From Burkholderiales bacterium (lineage in GTDB: Bacteria > Pseudomonadota > Gammaproteobacteria > Burkholderiales > SG8-39): a stretch of DNA of 64,000 bases. Both the position numbers and the translations under genes were made by a program. Numbering within the stretch: the stretch's first letter is position 1; the number at the start of each line of letters is the position of its first letter. The stretch covers positions 6,802 through 70,801 of the forward strand of contig JBFWWT010000006.1 in NCBI GenBank assembly GCA_050246035.1, in the 5' to 3' direction. Positions 49,889 to 59,220 of this stretch are shown here, in pieces. The notes below the pieces were generated by a model. That model made no database searches and was not told the DNA's origin. It worked only from the letters and a program-made list of their open reading frames with translations.

Positions 49889-51025
49889 ATGGAACGCGAA
49901 CAAGCCACGAAGTTCATGTACGACCTGCTGCGCGCGCTGGTCGCCAAGCGCGGCTCGGACCTGTTCATCACCACCGGCTACCCGCCGGCGATGAAGATCG
50001 ACGGCAAGATGACGCCGGTATCGCAGCAGGGGCTGTCGCCGCAGCACACCTCGATGCTCGCGCGCTCGATCATGAACGACAAGCAGGCGGCCGAGTTCGA
50101 GTCCAGCAAGGAGTGCAACTTCGCCATCAGCCCGGCGGGCATCGGGCGCTTCCGCGTCAACTGCTTCGTGCAGCAGGGCCACGTCGGCATGGTGCTGCGC
50201 GTGATCACCACCACCATTCCGAACTTCGAGGACCTGAAGCTGCCGCCCGTGCTGAAGGAGGTGGCGATGACCAAGCGGGGCCTCGTGATCTTCGTCGGCG
50301 GCACCGGCTCGGGCAAGAGCACGTCGCTCGCGGCGATGATCGGCTACCGCAACGAGAACTCCCACGGCCACATCATCACCATCGAGGACCCCGTGGAGTA
50401 CGTGCACCCTCACAAGAACTGCATCGTCACGCAGCGCGAGGTGGGCGTGGACACGGACTCCTGGGAGTCGGCGCTGAAGAACACGCTGCGCCAGGCGCCC
50501 GACGTGATCCTGATCGGCGAGGTGCGCGACCGCGAGGTGATGGAGCACGCCATCGCCTTCGCCGAGACGGGCCACCTGGCGCTGTGCACGCTGCACGCCA
50601 ACAACTCCAACCAGGCCATGGACCGCATCATCAACTTCTTCCCCGAGGAGCGGCGCCCGCAGCTGCTCATGGACCTGTCGCTCAACCTCAAGGCCGTGAT
50701 CTCGCAGCGTCTGATTCCGGTGAAGGAGGGCCGCGGGCGCGCGGCGGCGGTGGAGGTGCTGCTCAACTCGCCGCTCATCTCGGACCTCATCTTCAAGGGC
50801 GAGGTGCACGGCATCAAGGAGATCATGAAGAAGTCGCGCGAGCTCGGCATGCAGACCTTCGACCAGGCGCTGTTCGACCTGTACGAGCAGGGCCGCATCA
50901 GCTACGAGGACGCGCTGCGCTTCGCCGACTCCACGAACGAGGTGCGCCTCGCCATCAAGCTGCACGGCAAGGAAGCGAAAGACCGGGACCTGTCCAAGGG
51001 CATCGAGCACCTGGACATCGTCTAG
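49889..51025 (+). CDS. pilU: Type IV pilus ATPase PilU
   Basis: Walker A GGTGSGKST; PilT paralogue immediately downstream of pilT. Confidence 0.9.
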   Translation: MEREQATKFMYDLLRALVAKRGSDLFITTGYPPAMKIDGKMTPVSQQGLSPQHTSMLARSIMNDKQAAEFESSKECNFAISPAGIGRFRVNCFVQQGHVGMVLRVITTTIPNFEDLKLPPVLKEVAMTKRGLVIFVGGTGSGKSTSLAAMIGYRNENSHGHIITIEDPVEYVHPHKNCIVTQREVGVDTDSWESALKNTLRQAPDVILIGEVRDREVMEHAIAFAETGHLALCTLHANNSNQAMDRIINFFPEERRPQLLMDLSLNLKAVISQRLIPVKEGRGRAAAVEVLLNSPLISDLIFKGEVHGIKEIMKKSRELGMQTFDQALFDLYEQGRISYEDALRFADSTNEVRLAIKLHGKEAKDRDLSKGIEHLDIV

Positions 51026-51205
51026 GCCGCGGGCGTCGCGTCCCGCCATGCGGGTCGCCAGGCCCCGTCCGCACCGCGCCTTCCTGCCGCGCGTTGAAGA
51101 CCTTGCCGGTTCGCCCTTGGATCCGGAGCTCGACTGAACACGCGCTGCCCGCACTGCGGCCACGACCTCGCCGCGCGCAAGCTCTCGCGCGCGATCGTCG
51201 CGCGC

Positions 51206-51451
51206 ATGGAGATCGACTGCCCGGCGTGCCAGCGCCGCCTGCGACTCAACCTGCACCCGCACGAGACCGCGGTCGTGCTCGTGGGCGCCGGCGCCTTCGT
51301 CGCCGTGGCGCTGCTCGCCTACCAGCGCCAGAGCCAGGGGCTGCTGCTCGCCGCCCTGGCCGTGGGCATGGCGGCCATGGGGGCCGTGCACGTGGTGGAG
51401 CGTTACTGGCTGCGCGACTGGCCGCGCTACGTGCCGCGGCCGATGGAATAA
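51206..51451 (+). CDS. Small membrane protein; the frame continues upstream into a zinc-ribbon half-site without a canonical start
   Basis: CPAC followed by 2 TM helices. The same frame upstream (51134-51205) encodes L-NTRCPHCGHDL, but no ATG, GTG or TTG is available there. Confidence 0.5.
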   Translation: MEIDCPACQRRLRLNLHPHETAVVLVGAGAFVAVALLAYQRQSQGLLLAALAVGMAAMGAVHVVERYWLRDWPRYVPRPME

Positions 51452-51672
51452 TGCGGACCATGAAGATGATCGGCGTCGCACTCATCGTCGCGGGGACCCT
51501 GGCGCTCGCCTACGGCGGCTTCACGTACACGCGGGCATCGCACGACGTGAAGCTCGGCCCCCTTCAGTTCTCGGTCAAGGAAAAGGAAACGGTCAACGTG
51601 CCCGCCTGGGCGGGCACGGGCGCCATCGCCCTCGGCGTCGTGCTGCTGCTCGCCGGCGGGCGGCGCAAGTGA
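51451..51672 (+). CDS. Small two-TM membrane protein
   Basis: 73 aa; MKMIGVALIVAGTLALAYGG ... AWAGTGAIALGVVLLLAGG. TAATG stop/start overlap with the previous ORF. Confidence 0.6.
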   Translation: MRTMKMIGVALIVAGTLALAYGGFTYTRASHDVKLGPLQFSVKEKETVNVPAWAGTGAIALGVVLLLAGGRRK

Positions 51673-51679
51673 CGGCGCG

Positions 51680-52132
51680 ATGAGCGCGCTCTTCGCGTTC
51701 CTGCACCACGTGGCGGCCTTCGCGCTGGTCGGCGCGCTGGCCGTCGAGTTCGCGCTGCTGCGCGCCGCGCTCGACCTGCGCACGGCGCGCTGGCTGCAGC
51801 GTGCCGACCTCGTCTACGGGCTATCCTCCGGCGTGCTGCTCGCCGTGGGCCTGCTGCGCGTGTTCCAGTTCGAGAAGGGCCCGGACTACTACTTCCACAG
51901 CGTGCCCTTCCTCGCCAAGCTGCTGCTCTTTCTCGCCGTGGGCCTCGTTTCCATCGCGCCCACGCGCGAGTTCCTGTCCTGGTCGAAGGCGCTGAAGGCG
52001 CGCCAGGTGCCCGAGCTCGGCGAGGCGCGGCGCCGGCGGCTGCGCGCCATCGTGCACCTGGAGCTCGCCGGCGTGGTGCTGATCGTCCTGTGCGCCGCGC
52101 TCACCGCGCGCGGCATCGGCCAACTGGGCTGA
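51680..52132 (+). CDS. DUF2214-like membrane protein
   Basis: 150 aa with 4 TM helices. Confidence 0.65.
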   Translation: MSALFAFLHHVAAFALVGALAVEFALLRAALDLRTARWLQRADLVYGLSSGVLLAVGLLRVFQFEKGPDYYFHSVPFLAKLLLFLAVGLVSIAPTREFLSWSKALKARQVPELGEARRRRLRAIVHLELAGVVLIVLCAALTARGIGQLG

Positions 52133-53097
52133 TGCGCGCGCTGAAGTGGACGCTCGCCGTCCTCGGGGCGCTGGGCGCGCTCGTCGTCGGCGCGGGCCTC
52201 TACTTCTACTTCAGCGCCCCCGAGCGCGCGGTGCGCGCCGCGATCGCCTACGAGCGCGGCCTCGCCGGGCTGGCGCTCAAGTCGGCGGACCTGCCCGGCG
52301 GGCTGCACTTCGCGTATCTCGAGGGCGGCGAGGGCGAGCCGCTCGTGCTGCTGCACGGCTTCGGCGCCAACAAGGATCACTTCGTGCGCGTGGCGCGCCA
52401 ACTGACGCCGCGCTTTCGCCTCATCCTGCCCGACCAGCTCGGCTTCGGCGAGTCGGCCAAGCCGCCGCAGGCGGACTATGCGCCCAAGGCCCAGGCCGAG
52501 CGGCTGCGCCGGCTGCTGCGCCACCTCGGCCTGACCAGCGTGCACCTCGGCGGCAGTTCCATGGGCGGGCAGATCGCGCTCACCTACGCGGCCCTCTACC
52601 CGAAGGAGGTGGCGAGCCTGTGGCTGCTGAATCCCGCCGGAGTGTGGAGCGCCCCTCCCAGCGAGGTCGCGCAGCGCATCGCGCGGGGCGGGGAGAACCC
52701 GATGCTCGTCCAGGACGAGGACGACTTCGCGCGGCTCGTCGAGCTCGTCATGGCCAAGCCGCCCGCCATCCCTCGGCTCTTCCTCGACGTCTGGGCGCAG
52801 GACCGCATCCGCAACTACCCCTTGGAGGAGCGCATCTTCAAGCAGATCGCCGCCGACTCGGTGGAGGCGCGCGTCCGCGGGCTGGATGTCCCGGCGCTCG
52901 TCGTCTGGGGCCAGCAGGACCGCGTGCTGCACCCGGGGAGCGCGGGCATCCTGCAGATGCTGCTCGTGCGCTCCGAAGTGGCGATGATGCGGAACGTCGG
53001 CCACGTTCCCGCGGTCGAAGCTCCCGAGGAAAGCGCGGCCGAGTACCTGCGGTTTCGCGCGCGCCTCGCCGCGTCCACGAGCCCCCGATCTCCTTGA
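52132..53097 (+). CDS. Membrane-anchored alpha/beta-fold hydrolase
   Basis: N-terminal TM helix, HGFGANKDHF oxyanion region and GGSSMGG nucleophile elbow. The ATG overlaps the previous stop. Confidence 0.8.
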   Translation: MRALKWTLAVLGALGALVVGAGLYFYFSAPERAVRAAIAYERGLAGLALKSADLPGGLHFAYLEGGEGEPLVLLHGFGANKDHFVRVARQLTPRFRLILPDQLGFGESAKPPQADYAPKAQAERLRRLLRHLGLTSVHLGGSSMGGQIALTYAALYPKEVASLWLLNPAGVWSAPPSEVAQRIARGGENPMLVQDEDDFARLVELVMAKPPAIPRLFLDVWAQDRIRNYPLEERIFKQIAADSVEARVRGLDVPALVVWGQQDRVLHPGSAGILQMLLVRSEVAMMRNVGHVPAVEAPEESAAEYLRFRARLAASTSPRSP

Positions 53098-53969
53098 CCG
53101 AGTCCCGCGAGCAGCCGCTGGTCATCATCCTGGCCGATATCAGCGGCTACACCCGCTTCATGCTGGAGAACCAGACCTCCGCGGTGCACGGCCAGCAGTG
53201 CATTACCTTCCTCATCGAGACGCTGCTGCGCGAGGTCGACATCCCGCTGCGGCTGCAGGAGATCGAGGGCGACGCGGTGTTCCTGTACGCCGCGCGCGAG
53301 GGCGACGAGGCCGCCTGGCGCGCCGCGCTCGACGAGGTGCGCGCGAAGCTGCCCCGCTTCTTCGCCGCGTTCCTCGACGGCATGCGCCTCGCGGCCGAGG
53401 CCACGCCCTGCCAGTGCTCCATCTGTCGCGACTCCGGCAGCCTCAAGCTCAAGCTCGTCGTGCACAGCGGGCGCGCGGTGTTCCACGCGATCGGCGGCCG
53501 CGCGCTCGTCTCCGGCGCCGACGTCATCCTCGCGCACCGGCTGCTGAAGAACTCTGTCGAGGGCGATGAGTACCTGCTGATGACCGAGCCGGCCTACCGC
53601 GACATCGGACGCGGGATGGACGGCGAGTTCGTAGCCGGCGAAGAGCACTACGACGAGTTCGGCACCGTGAAGACCTTCGTGCGGCACATGGGCGACGAAT
53701 GGGCGCGCAAGCGCGAAGTGCTCTACGCCCTGTCCGAGGGCGAGCTCGCTTCACGCGCGCGGCTCTACGTCGCCGGCGGCATCCTGGGCGAGTACCGCGC
53801 GGTGCTGCACCAGCTTCTCTCGCCCGCGCGCAGGATCGGGTGGCCGCGGCGCGCGGGCTATGCGCTCGCGCGCTTCGTCACGCTGCCGGCCGAGCTGCTC
53901 TACTACCTCGCGGTCATTCCGCGGCGGCTCAAGGCGCGGCGCCGTGAGTCCACGGACCCTGTAAAGTAG
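53094..53969 (+). CDS. DUF2652-like protein (nucleotidyl-cyclase-like fold)
   Basis: IILADISGYTRFM ... EIEGDAVFLY resembles DUF2652 and class III cyclase cores. The TTG start overlaps the hydrolase stop. Confidence 0.6.
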   Translation: MTESREQPLVIILADISGYTRFMLENQTSAVHGQQCITFLIETLLREVDIPLRLQEIEGDAVFLYAAREGDEAAWRAALDEVRAKLPRFFAAFLDGMRLAAEATPCQCSICRDSGSLKLKLVVHSGRAVFHAIGGRALVSGADVILAHRLLKNSVEGDEYLLMTEPAYRDIGRGMDGEFVAGEEHYDEFGTVKTFVRHMGDEWARKREVLYALSEGELASRARLYVAGGILGEYRAVLHQLLSPARRIGWPRRAGYALARFVTLPAELLYYLAVIPRRLKARRRESTDPVK

Positions 53970-53976
53970 CGGCCGC

Positions 53977-54243
53977 ATGCACGAGGAAAGAATCAAGGTC
54001 CGCGTCACCGCCACCGGCCAGCTGCTGGACGTCGCGGTGTTCAGCAAGCGCCCGGAGGTGATCACCGTCGTGCTCGGCACGGGCGTGCACAGCGTGCGCT
54101 GCGCCCTGACGCCCACCCGCAACGGCCTCGCCTACGCGGGCAGCGCCCTGGGGCGCGAGATCGTCTACGAGCGCAGCCAGGCGCAGGTGCGCGCAGACAT
54201 CGACAAGCTCAACCCCGTGGTGCGAGGACCGCGCGGACGCTAG
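53977..54243 (+). CDS. Hypothetical 88-aa protein
   Basis: Protein-like composition, 7 nt after the preceding stop. No family recognised. Confidence 0.45.
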   Translation: MHEERIKVRVTATGQLLDVAVFSKRPEVITVVLGTGVHSVRCALTPTRNGLAYAGSALGREIVYERSQAQVRADIDKLNPVVRGPRGR

Positions 54244-55397
54244 GTCCGGTGGCTCCCCGCCACCATGCGGAACTCGTACAGCCGGCACTCGAGCGCGCCG
54301 TTGTAGAGCACCGTGCGCCGCGAGGTCTGCAGGCGGATGAGCTTCTCCATGCGGCGATCGGCGGTGAAGAACAGGCAGTTCCAGCCGGCGAAGTTCCGCT
54401 TCAGGGCATCCCCCAGCTTCGGGTAGAAGCGCGCCAGCGCCTCGGCCTCGCCCAGGCGCTCGCCGTAGGGCGGATTGGCGATCATCACGCCGGAGGGCGC
54501 GGGCGCCTTGCGCTCGAGGATGTCCACGGCCTCCAGGCTCACCCAGCGCTCGACGCCCGCCGCGGCGAGATTGCGCCGCGCCGAGCTCAGCGCTTTCGCG
54601 TCCGCGTCGCTGCCGAAGAGCGCGAGCCGCGGCGCGTGCCTCGCCGGCTGCGCGGCCTCCTCGCGCAGGGCCTTCCACAGCACGCCGTTGAAGGTGTCGA
54701 GCTTCTCGAAGCCGAAGTCGCGCCGCAGGCCCGGCGCGCGTCCACGCGCCATGGCCGCGGCTTCCACGAGCAGCGTCGCGCCGCCGCACATCGGATCGAG
54801 CAGCGGCTGCTCGGGCGTCCAGCCGGCGAGCATCACGATCCCCGCGGCGAGGTTCTCGCGCAAGGGCGCCTCCACGGTCTCGGCGCGCCAGCCGCGCTTG
54901 AAGAGCGCCTCGCCCGAGGTATCGAGATAGAGCGCCCCGCGCCGCTCCTCCAGGAAAACGTGCACGCGCACGTCGGGCTGCACCCGCTCCACGTCCGGGC
55001 GCCGGCCCACGTCGTCGCGGAAGCGGTCGCACACGGCGTCCTTCACGCGAAGCGTCGCGAACTCGAGGCTTTTCAATGGGCTCTTCTGCGCCGTGACGTA
55101 AACGCGCAGCGTGCGGCGCACGTCGAAAAGGTCGAACCAGTTCACCGCGCGCGCGGCGGCGTAGAGCTCGTCCTCGTCGCGGTACTCGAACTCGGCGACG
55201 CGCCAGAGCACGCGCGAGGCCAGGCGCGACCACAGGTTCGCCCGATAGCAGGCCTCCCAGTCCCCGGAAAAGCCCACGCCCCCGGGCACCGGCTGCGGCG
55301 CGACCGCGCCCAGGCGCGCGAGCTCGCCCGCGAGCAGCGCTTCCAGCCCGCGCGGGCAGGTCGCGAAGAAGGCTTCAGCCCGGCTTGAAGACGGCAA
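54240..55397 (-). CDS. THUMP-domain class I SAM-dependent RNA methyltransferase (RlmL/RlmK N-domain-like)
   Basis: 385 aa with DPMCGGATLLVEAA SAM motif and ANPPYGERL catalytic motif. Confidence 0.85.
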   Translation of the reverse strand: MPSSSRAEAFFATCPRGLEALLAGELARLGAVAPQPVPGGVGFSGDWEACYRANLWSRLASRVLWRVAEFEYRDEDELYAAARAVNWFDLFDVRRTLRVYVTAQKSPLKSLEFATLRVKDAVCDRFRDDVGRRPDVERVQPDVRVHVFLEERRGALYLDTSGEALFKRGWRAETVEAPLRENLAAGIVMLAGWTPEQPLLDPMCGGATLLVEAAAMARGRAPGLRRDFGFEKLDTFNGVLWKALREEAAQPARHAPRLALFGSDADAKALSSARRNLAAAGVERWVSLEAVDILERKAPAPSGVMIANPPYGERLGEAEALARFYPKLGDALKRNFAGWNCLFFTADRRMEKLIRLQTSRRTVLYNGALECRLYEFRMVAGSHRT

Positions 55398-55788
55398 GGA
55401 AGACCACGGCGAGGAGCACCAGCACCGGGAACTCGTTGAACCAGCGGAACCACACGTGCGAGTGCCCGTCGCGATCGGCGCGGAAATCGAGCATCAGCTT
55501 GCCGCACCAGGCGTGGTACGCCACCAGAACGGCGACCAGCGCGAGCTTGGCGTGCAGCCACCCGCCGCCGAACCCCCAGCCGAGCCACAGCCACAGGCCG
55601 AAGGCGATCGTCAGCACGCCGCCCGGCGTCATGATGCCCCAGAAGAGCTTGCGCTCCATCACCTTGAAGCGCTCGCGCGAGGGCGCGTCCTCGGCCATCG
55701 CGTGGTAGACGAAGAGCCGCGGCAGGTAAAAGAGCCCCGCGAACCACGTCACCATGAAGACGATGTGCAGCCACTTCACCCAGAGCAT
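55375..55788 (-). CDS. hemJ: Protoporphyrinogen IX oxidase HemJ
   Basis: MLWVKWLHIVFMVTWFAGLFYLPRLFVYH is typical of HemJ (UPF0093). Confidence 0.85.
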   Translation of the reverse strand: MLWVKWLHIVFMVTWFAGLFYLPRLFVYHAMAEDAPSRERFKVMERKLFWGIMTPGGVLTIAFGLWLWLGWGFGGGWLHAKLALVAVLVAYHAWCGKLMLDFRADRDGHSHVWFRWFNEFPVLVLLAVVFLAVFKPG

Positions 55789-55795
55789 GGCGCGC

Positions 55796-56395
55796 CTACT
55801 TCCAGTTGGCCGTCACCGCCATCTTGAGCGCGGGCAGCTTGCGGTGGAAGAAGTGATCGGCGCCCGGCACCACCAGCACCGGCAGGTCCTGCGGCCGCGC
55901 CCAGTCGAGCACCGCGGCGAGGGGCACCGTCTCGTCCGCTTCGCCGTGGATGACCAGCGTGCCGGCGGGCACGGCGGGCACGTCGAGCCCGAGGCGGCTC
56001 ACGGCGAGCCCCACGAGCACCAGGCGTTCGGCCGCCACGCGCGCGGCGAGCTTGGCTTGCATCGCCGCGCCGAAGGAGAACCCCGCGAGCACCAGGCGCC
56101 CGGCGCCCAGGTGCGCAAGCACCGCCGCAAGATCCTCGACCTCGCCGCGGCCCTCGTCGTGCGCGCCCTCGCTCGCCCCGACGCCGCGGAAGTTGGGCCG
56201 CCAGGCCGTATAGCCGAGCTCGACGAAGGCGCGCGCGAGCGTCTGCACCACCTTGTTGTCGAGCGTCCCGCCGTAGAGCGGGTGCGGGTGCGCGATGAGC
56301 GCGACGCCGCGCGGCGCTCCTTCCGGCTCGTCCACCGCGCACTCCAGGGCCCCGGCGGGGCCGCGCAGGGTCTCGCGGCGCGTGGCCGCGCGCAT
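55796..56395 (-). CDS. Alpha/beta-fold hydrolase (COG2945-like)
   Basis: 199 aa counted from the internal ATG at 56395; HPHPLYGGTLDNKVV and GFSFGA nucleophile elbow. Confidence 0.75.
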   Translation of the reverse strand: MRAATRRETLRGPAGALECAVDEPEGAPRGVALIAHPHPLYGGTLDNKVVQTLARAFVELGYTAWRPNFRGVGASEGAHDEGRGEVEDLAAVLAHLGAGRLVLAGFSFGAAMQAKLAARVAAERLVLVGLAVSRLGLDVPAVPAGTLVIHGEADETVPLAAVLDWARPQDLPVLVVPGADHFFHRKLPALKMAVTANWK

Positions 56396-56709
56396 CAGAT
56401 TCTCAATCGCTCGACGACGCGGCCGTGCTGCAGGTGCTCCTCGACGATCTCGTCGATGTCGCCGCGGTCCACGTAGGTGTACCAGACCGCGTCCGGATAC
56501 ACCACGACACAGGGCCCTTCCTCGCAGCGGTCGAGGCAGCCCGCCTGGTTGATGCGCACCTTGCCCGCGCCCGCGAGTCCCAGCGCCTTCACGCGCTGCT
56601 TGGCGTAGTCGCGCAGCTCGGAAGCGCCCTTGCCGTTGCAGCAGCCGCGCGGGTCCGACGCGTCGCGCTGGTTGCAGCAGAAGAAAACGTGCCGCTCGTA
56701 GTAGGACAT
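56395..56709 (-). CDS. Thioredoxin-like [2Fe-2S] ferredoxin-domain protein
   Basis: Cys pattern FFCCNQR...GCC...GCLDRCEEGP; 104 aa. Confidence 0.8.
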   Translation of the reverse strand: MSYYERHVFFCCNQRDASDPRGCCNGKGASELRDYAKQRVKALGLAGAGKVRINQAGCLDRCEEGPCVVVYPDAVWYTYVDRGDIDEIVEEHLQHGRVVERLRI

Positions 56710-56721
56710 GGGGCGCGAATT

Positions 56722-57780
56722 CTACAGGAGACCCTCGTCGCGCCGCCGCGCCGCGAGCACGATGAGGTAGGCCACGGCGGCGAACGGCCAAAGCGTGGCC
56801 ACGACCCGCGTCAGGCCGTTGAAATTGAGGAAGTGCCCCTGGTGCCAGAGCCTCAGGATCTCCGAGAGGTACGGATTGGGCGGCGCGTGATTGACCAGCA
56901 CGGCCGCCGCCGCGAGCAGCACCGCGGCGAGCGCCATGCGGGATACTCGCGGCAGCGCCACCGCGAGCAGCGCGAGGGCGAGCCCCATGGCGAGGCCGCG
57001 CAGGGCGCCCGGGGTGAGCCATGCGAAGCTGTCCTGCGCGCGCAGGATGACGGTGAAGGCAAAGGTCTTCACGGCGAGCGCGGCGGCGACGAGCAGCACG
57101 ATCAGACGCCGCACGGGGGCGCCCGGCGCGACGATGGCCGAAGCAAGCAGCGCGACCGCCGCCAGGTTGGCTGCCGAGGTGATCGTCTCGATGGCGGCAA
57201 AGAACTCCGGCGAGCGCGCCGGGCCCGTCGGCGCCGCGATGAGGCTGCGCAGGTCGCCGCCCCCGAAGAGCAGCATCGCCGGGTTGAGCTGCATGAACAG
57301 CCACAGGCCGAGCAGCGCTACGCCCAGGTCGGTAAGCGCGCCCGGCAGGAAGAGTCGCACGCGCCAGCCGCGCCAGGCCGGCGAGAGCGGCGCGAGCCCG
57401 AGACCCAGGAGCGCGCCGGCGAGCGCGCCCGTGGCATTGCAGAGCACGTCGACGTTGGAGGCCACACGCGCGGGCAGGTAGGTCTGCAGCGACTCCAGCG
57501 CGACCGAGAGCAGGAGGCCCGCCGCCGTCGCCGCCAGCACCGCGCGGCCGCGGCGCAGATGCGGGTGCCAGGCGAAGACCGCGAGCGCGCCCAGAACTGC
57601 ATAGCCAAGCACGTCCGCGGCGACGTCGAAGGCAACGACGTAGCGTGGCCACGGCGCGGCGAGGAACTCGAACGGCAGCGCGCCGTGGTCGCGCCAGCCC
57701 GTCAGCGGATAGAGCGAGGCGTAGACGACCAGCAGCGTGTAGACGGCGAGCAGCTGGCGCGCGAGCGGCGTGCCGCGCAC
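56722..57780 (-). CDS. Polytopic membrane protein with VanZ-like N-terminal region
   Basis: 352 aa with about 10 TM segments. The family call is tentative. Confidence 0.55.
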   Translation of the reverse strand: MRGTPLARQLLAVYTLLVVYASLYPLTGWRDHGALPFEFLAAPWPRYVVAFDVAADVLGYAVLGALAVFAWHPHLRRGRAVLAATAAGLLLSVALESLQTYLPARVASNVDVLCNATGALAGALLGLGLAPLSPAWRGWRVRLFLPGALTDLGVALLGLWLFMQLNPAMLLFGGGDLRSLIAAPTGPARSPEFFAAIETITSAANLAAVALLASAIVAPGAPVRRLIVLLVAAALAVKTFAFTVILRAQDSFAWLTPGALRGLAMGLALALLAVALPRVSRMALAAVLLAAAAVLVNHAPPNPYLSEILRLWHQGHFLNFNGLTRVVATLWPFAAVAYLIVLAARRRDEGLL

Positions 57781-57783
57781 GCG

Positions 57784-59220
57784 CTAGCCGTGGTGCGCGC
57801 GCGACGCCGGGGCGCCCGCGCGCGCCGCGTAGCTGCCGAGCACCATGCCGAACAGCGACGCCGCGAGCCCGGCAAGCTGGGGCGGCAGCGTCGCCTCGGG
57901 CGCGGCGAACTCCGCCGTGATCCAGGTGCCCAGGCCGAAAATCACCGAGATCATCGCGCCGGCGTTGTTCGCGCGCTTCCAGAAGATGCCCGCCGCGAGC
58001 GGCACCAGGCAGGAAACGAGCGTCACCTTGTAGGCGTTCTGCACCATCTCGTACATGGTGCTGGTTGAATTGAGCGCGAAGATGAGCGCCGCGCAGCTGA
58101 AGGTCACGAGCACCAGGCGCAGCAGCATGAGGAACTGCCGGTCGTCCAGCTTGCGGAAGAAGGGCCGCACGATGTTCTCGGTGGCGAGCGCGGTCGGCGC
58201 GATCAGCGCCCCCGAGGCCGTGGACAGGATCGCCGAGAGCAGGGCCCCGAAGAACAGCACCTGCGCCCAGAGCGGCGTGCGGTTCAGGATCAAGTCGGGG
58301 AGGATGCGCTGGATCTCGCGGTCGTCCTCGGCGGCGAACAGCTGCGACATCCCCGGGTCGATCACCAGCGCCGCATAGGCGATGAACATCGGCACGAACG
58401 CGAAGCAGAAATAGATCGCCGCCCCGCCCAGCGTGGCGCGCACCGCGGTCTTCTCGTCCTTCGCCGAGGTGACCCGCTGGAACACGTCCTGCTGCGGAAT
58501 CGAGCCGATGGCGAGCGTCATCCAGGCGGCGACGAACCACAGCCAGTCCTTCGTCCCGCCCTTCGGCCAGAACTCGAACTTGCCCGCCTCGTAGGCCGCC
58601 GCGATCACCGTGCCGGCGCCCCCGGCCATGCCGCTCACCAGCCAGGCGATCGCCCACAGGCCGACCAGGATGACGAACGACTGGAACAGGTCGGTCATGG
58701 CCACCGACCACATGCCGCCCCAGATCGTGTACCCGAGCACGATCGCCGCGCCGATGAGAATGCCGGTATTGAGGCCGATCGCGCCGCCGGAGAGCACCGA
58801 GAACACCAGGCCGAGCGCGGTGAGCTGCGCCGAGGTCCAGCCAAGGTAGGACGCCGTGATCGCCACGCTGGTCACGACCTCCACCGGCTTGCCGTAGCGC
58901 TTGCGGTAGAAGTCGCCGATGGTGAGCAGGTCCATGCGGTAGAAGGCGCGCGCGAAGAACAGCGCGACGAACACCAGGCAGAACGACGCGCCGAAGGGAT
59001 CGGCGACGATGCCGCCCAGCCCGTCGCGCGAGAAGGTCGCCGACACCGAAAGCACGGTCTCGGCGCCGAACCACGTCGCGAACACCGTGGCCGTGGTCAT
59101 GAGCAGCGGCAGGCTGCGCCCGGCGACCAGATAGTCCTTGGCGTTGTGCACGCGGCGCGCTGCCCACAACCCGATGCCGATGGTGACCGCGAGGTAGAGC
59201 AGGACGAAGACGACCAGCAT
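57784..59220 (-). CDS. Sodium:solute symporter family transporter
   Basis: 478 aa counted from the ATG at 59220; YLVAGRSLP...ATWFGAETV SSS motifs. Confidence 0.85.
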   Translation of the reverse strand: MLVVFVLLYLAVTIGIGLWAARRVHNAKDYLVAGRSLPLLMTTATVFATWFGAETVLSVSATFSRDGLGGIVADPFGASFCLVFVALFFARAFYRMDLLTIGDFYRKRYGKPVEVVTSVAITASYLGWTSAQLTALGLVFSVLSGGAIGLNTGILIGAAIVLGYTIWGGMWSVAMTDLFQSFVILVGLWAIAWLVSGMAGGAGTVIAAAYEAGKFEFWPKGGTKDWLWFVAAWMTLAIGSIPQQDVFQRVTSAKDEKTAVRATLGGAAIYFCFAFVPMFIAYAALVIDPGMSQLFAAEDDREIQRILPDLILNRTPLWAQVLFFGALLSAILSTASGALIAPTALATENIVRPFFRKLDDRQFLMLLRLVLVTFSCAALIFALNSTSTMYEMVQNAYKVTLVSCLVPLAAGIFWKRANNAGAMISVIFGLGTWITAEFAAPEATLPPQLAGLAASLFGMVLGSYAARAGAPASRAHHG

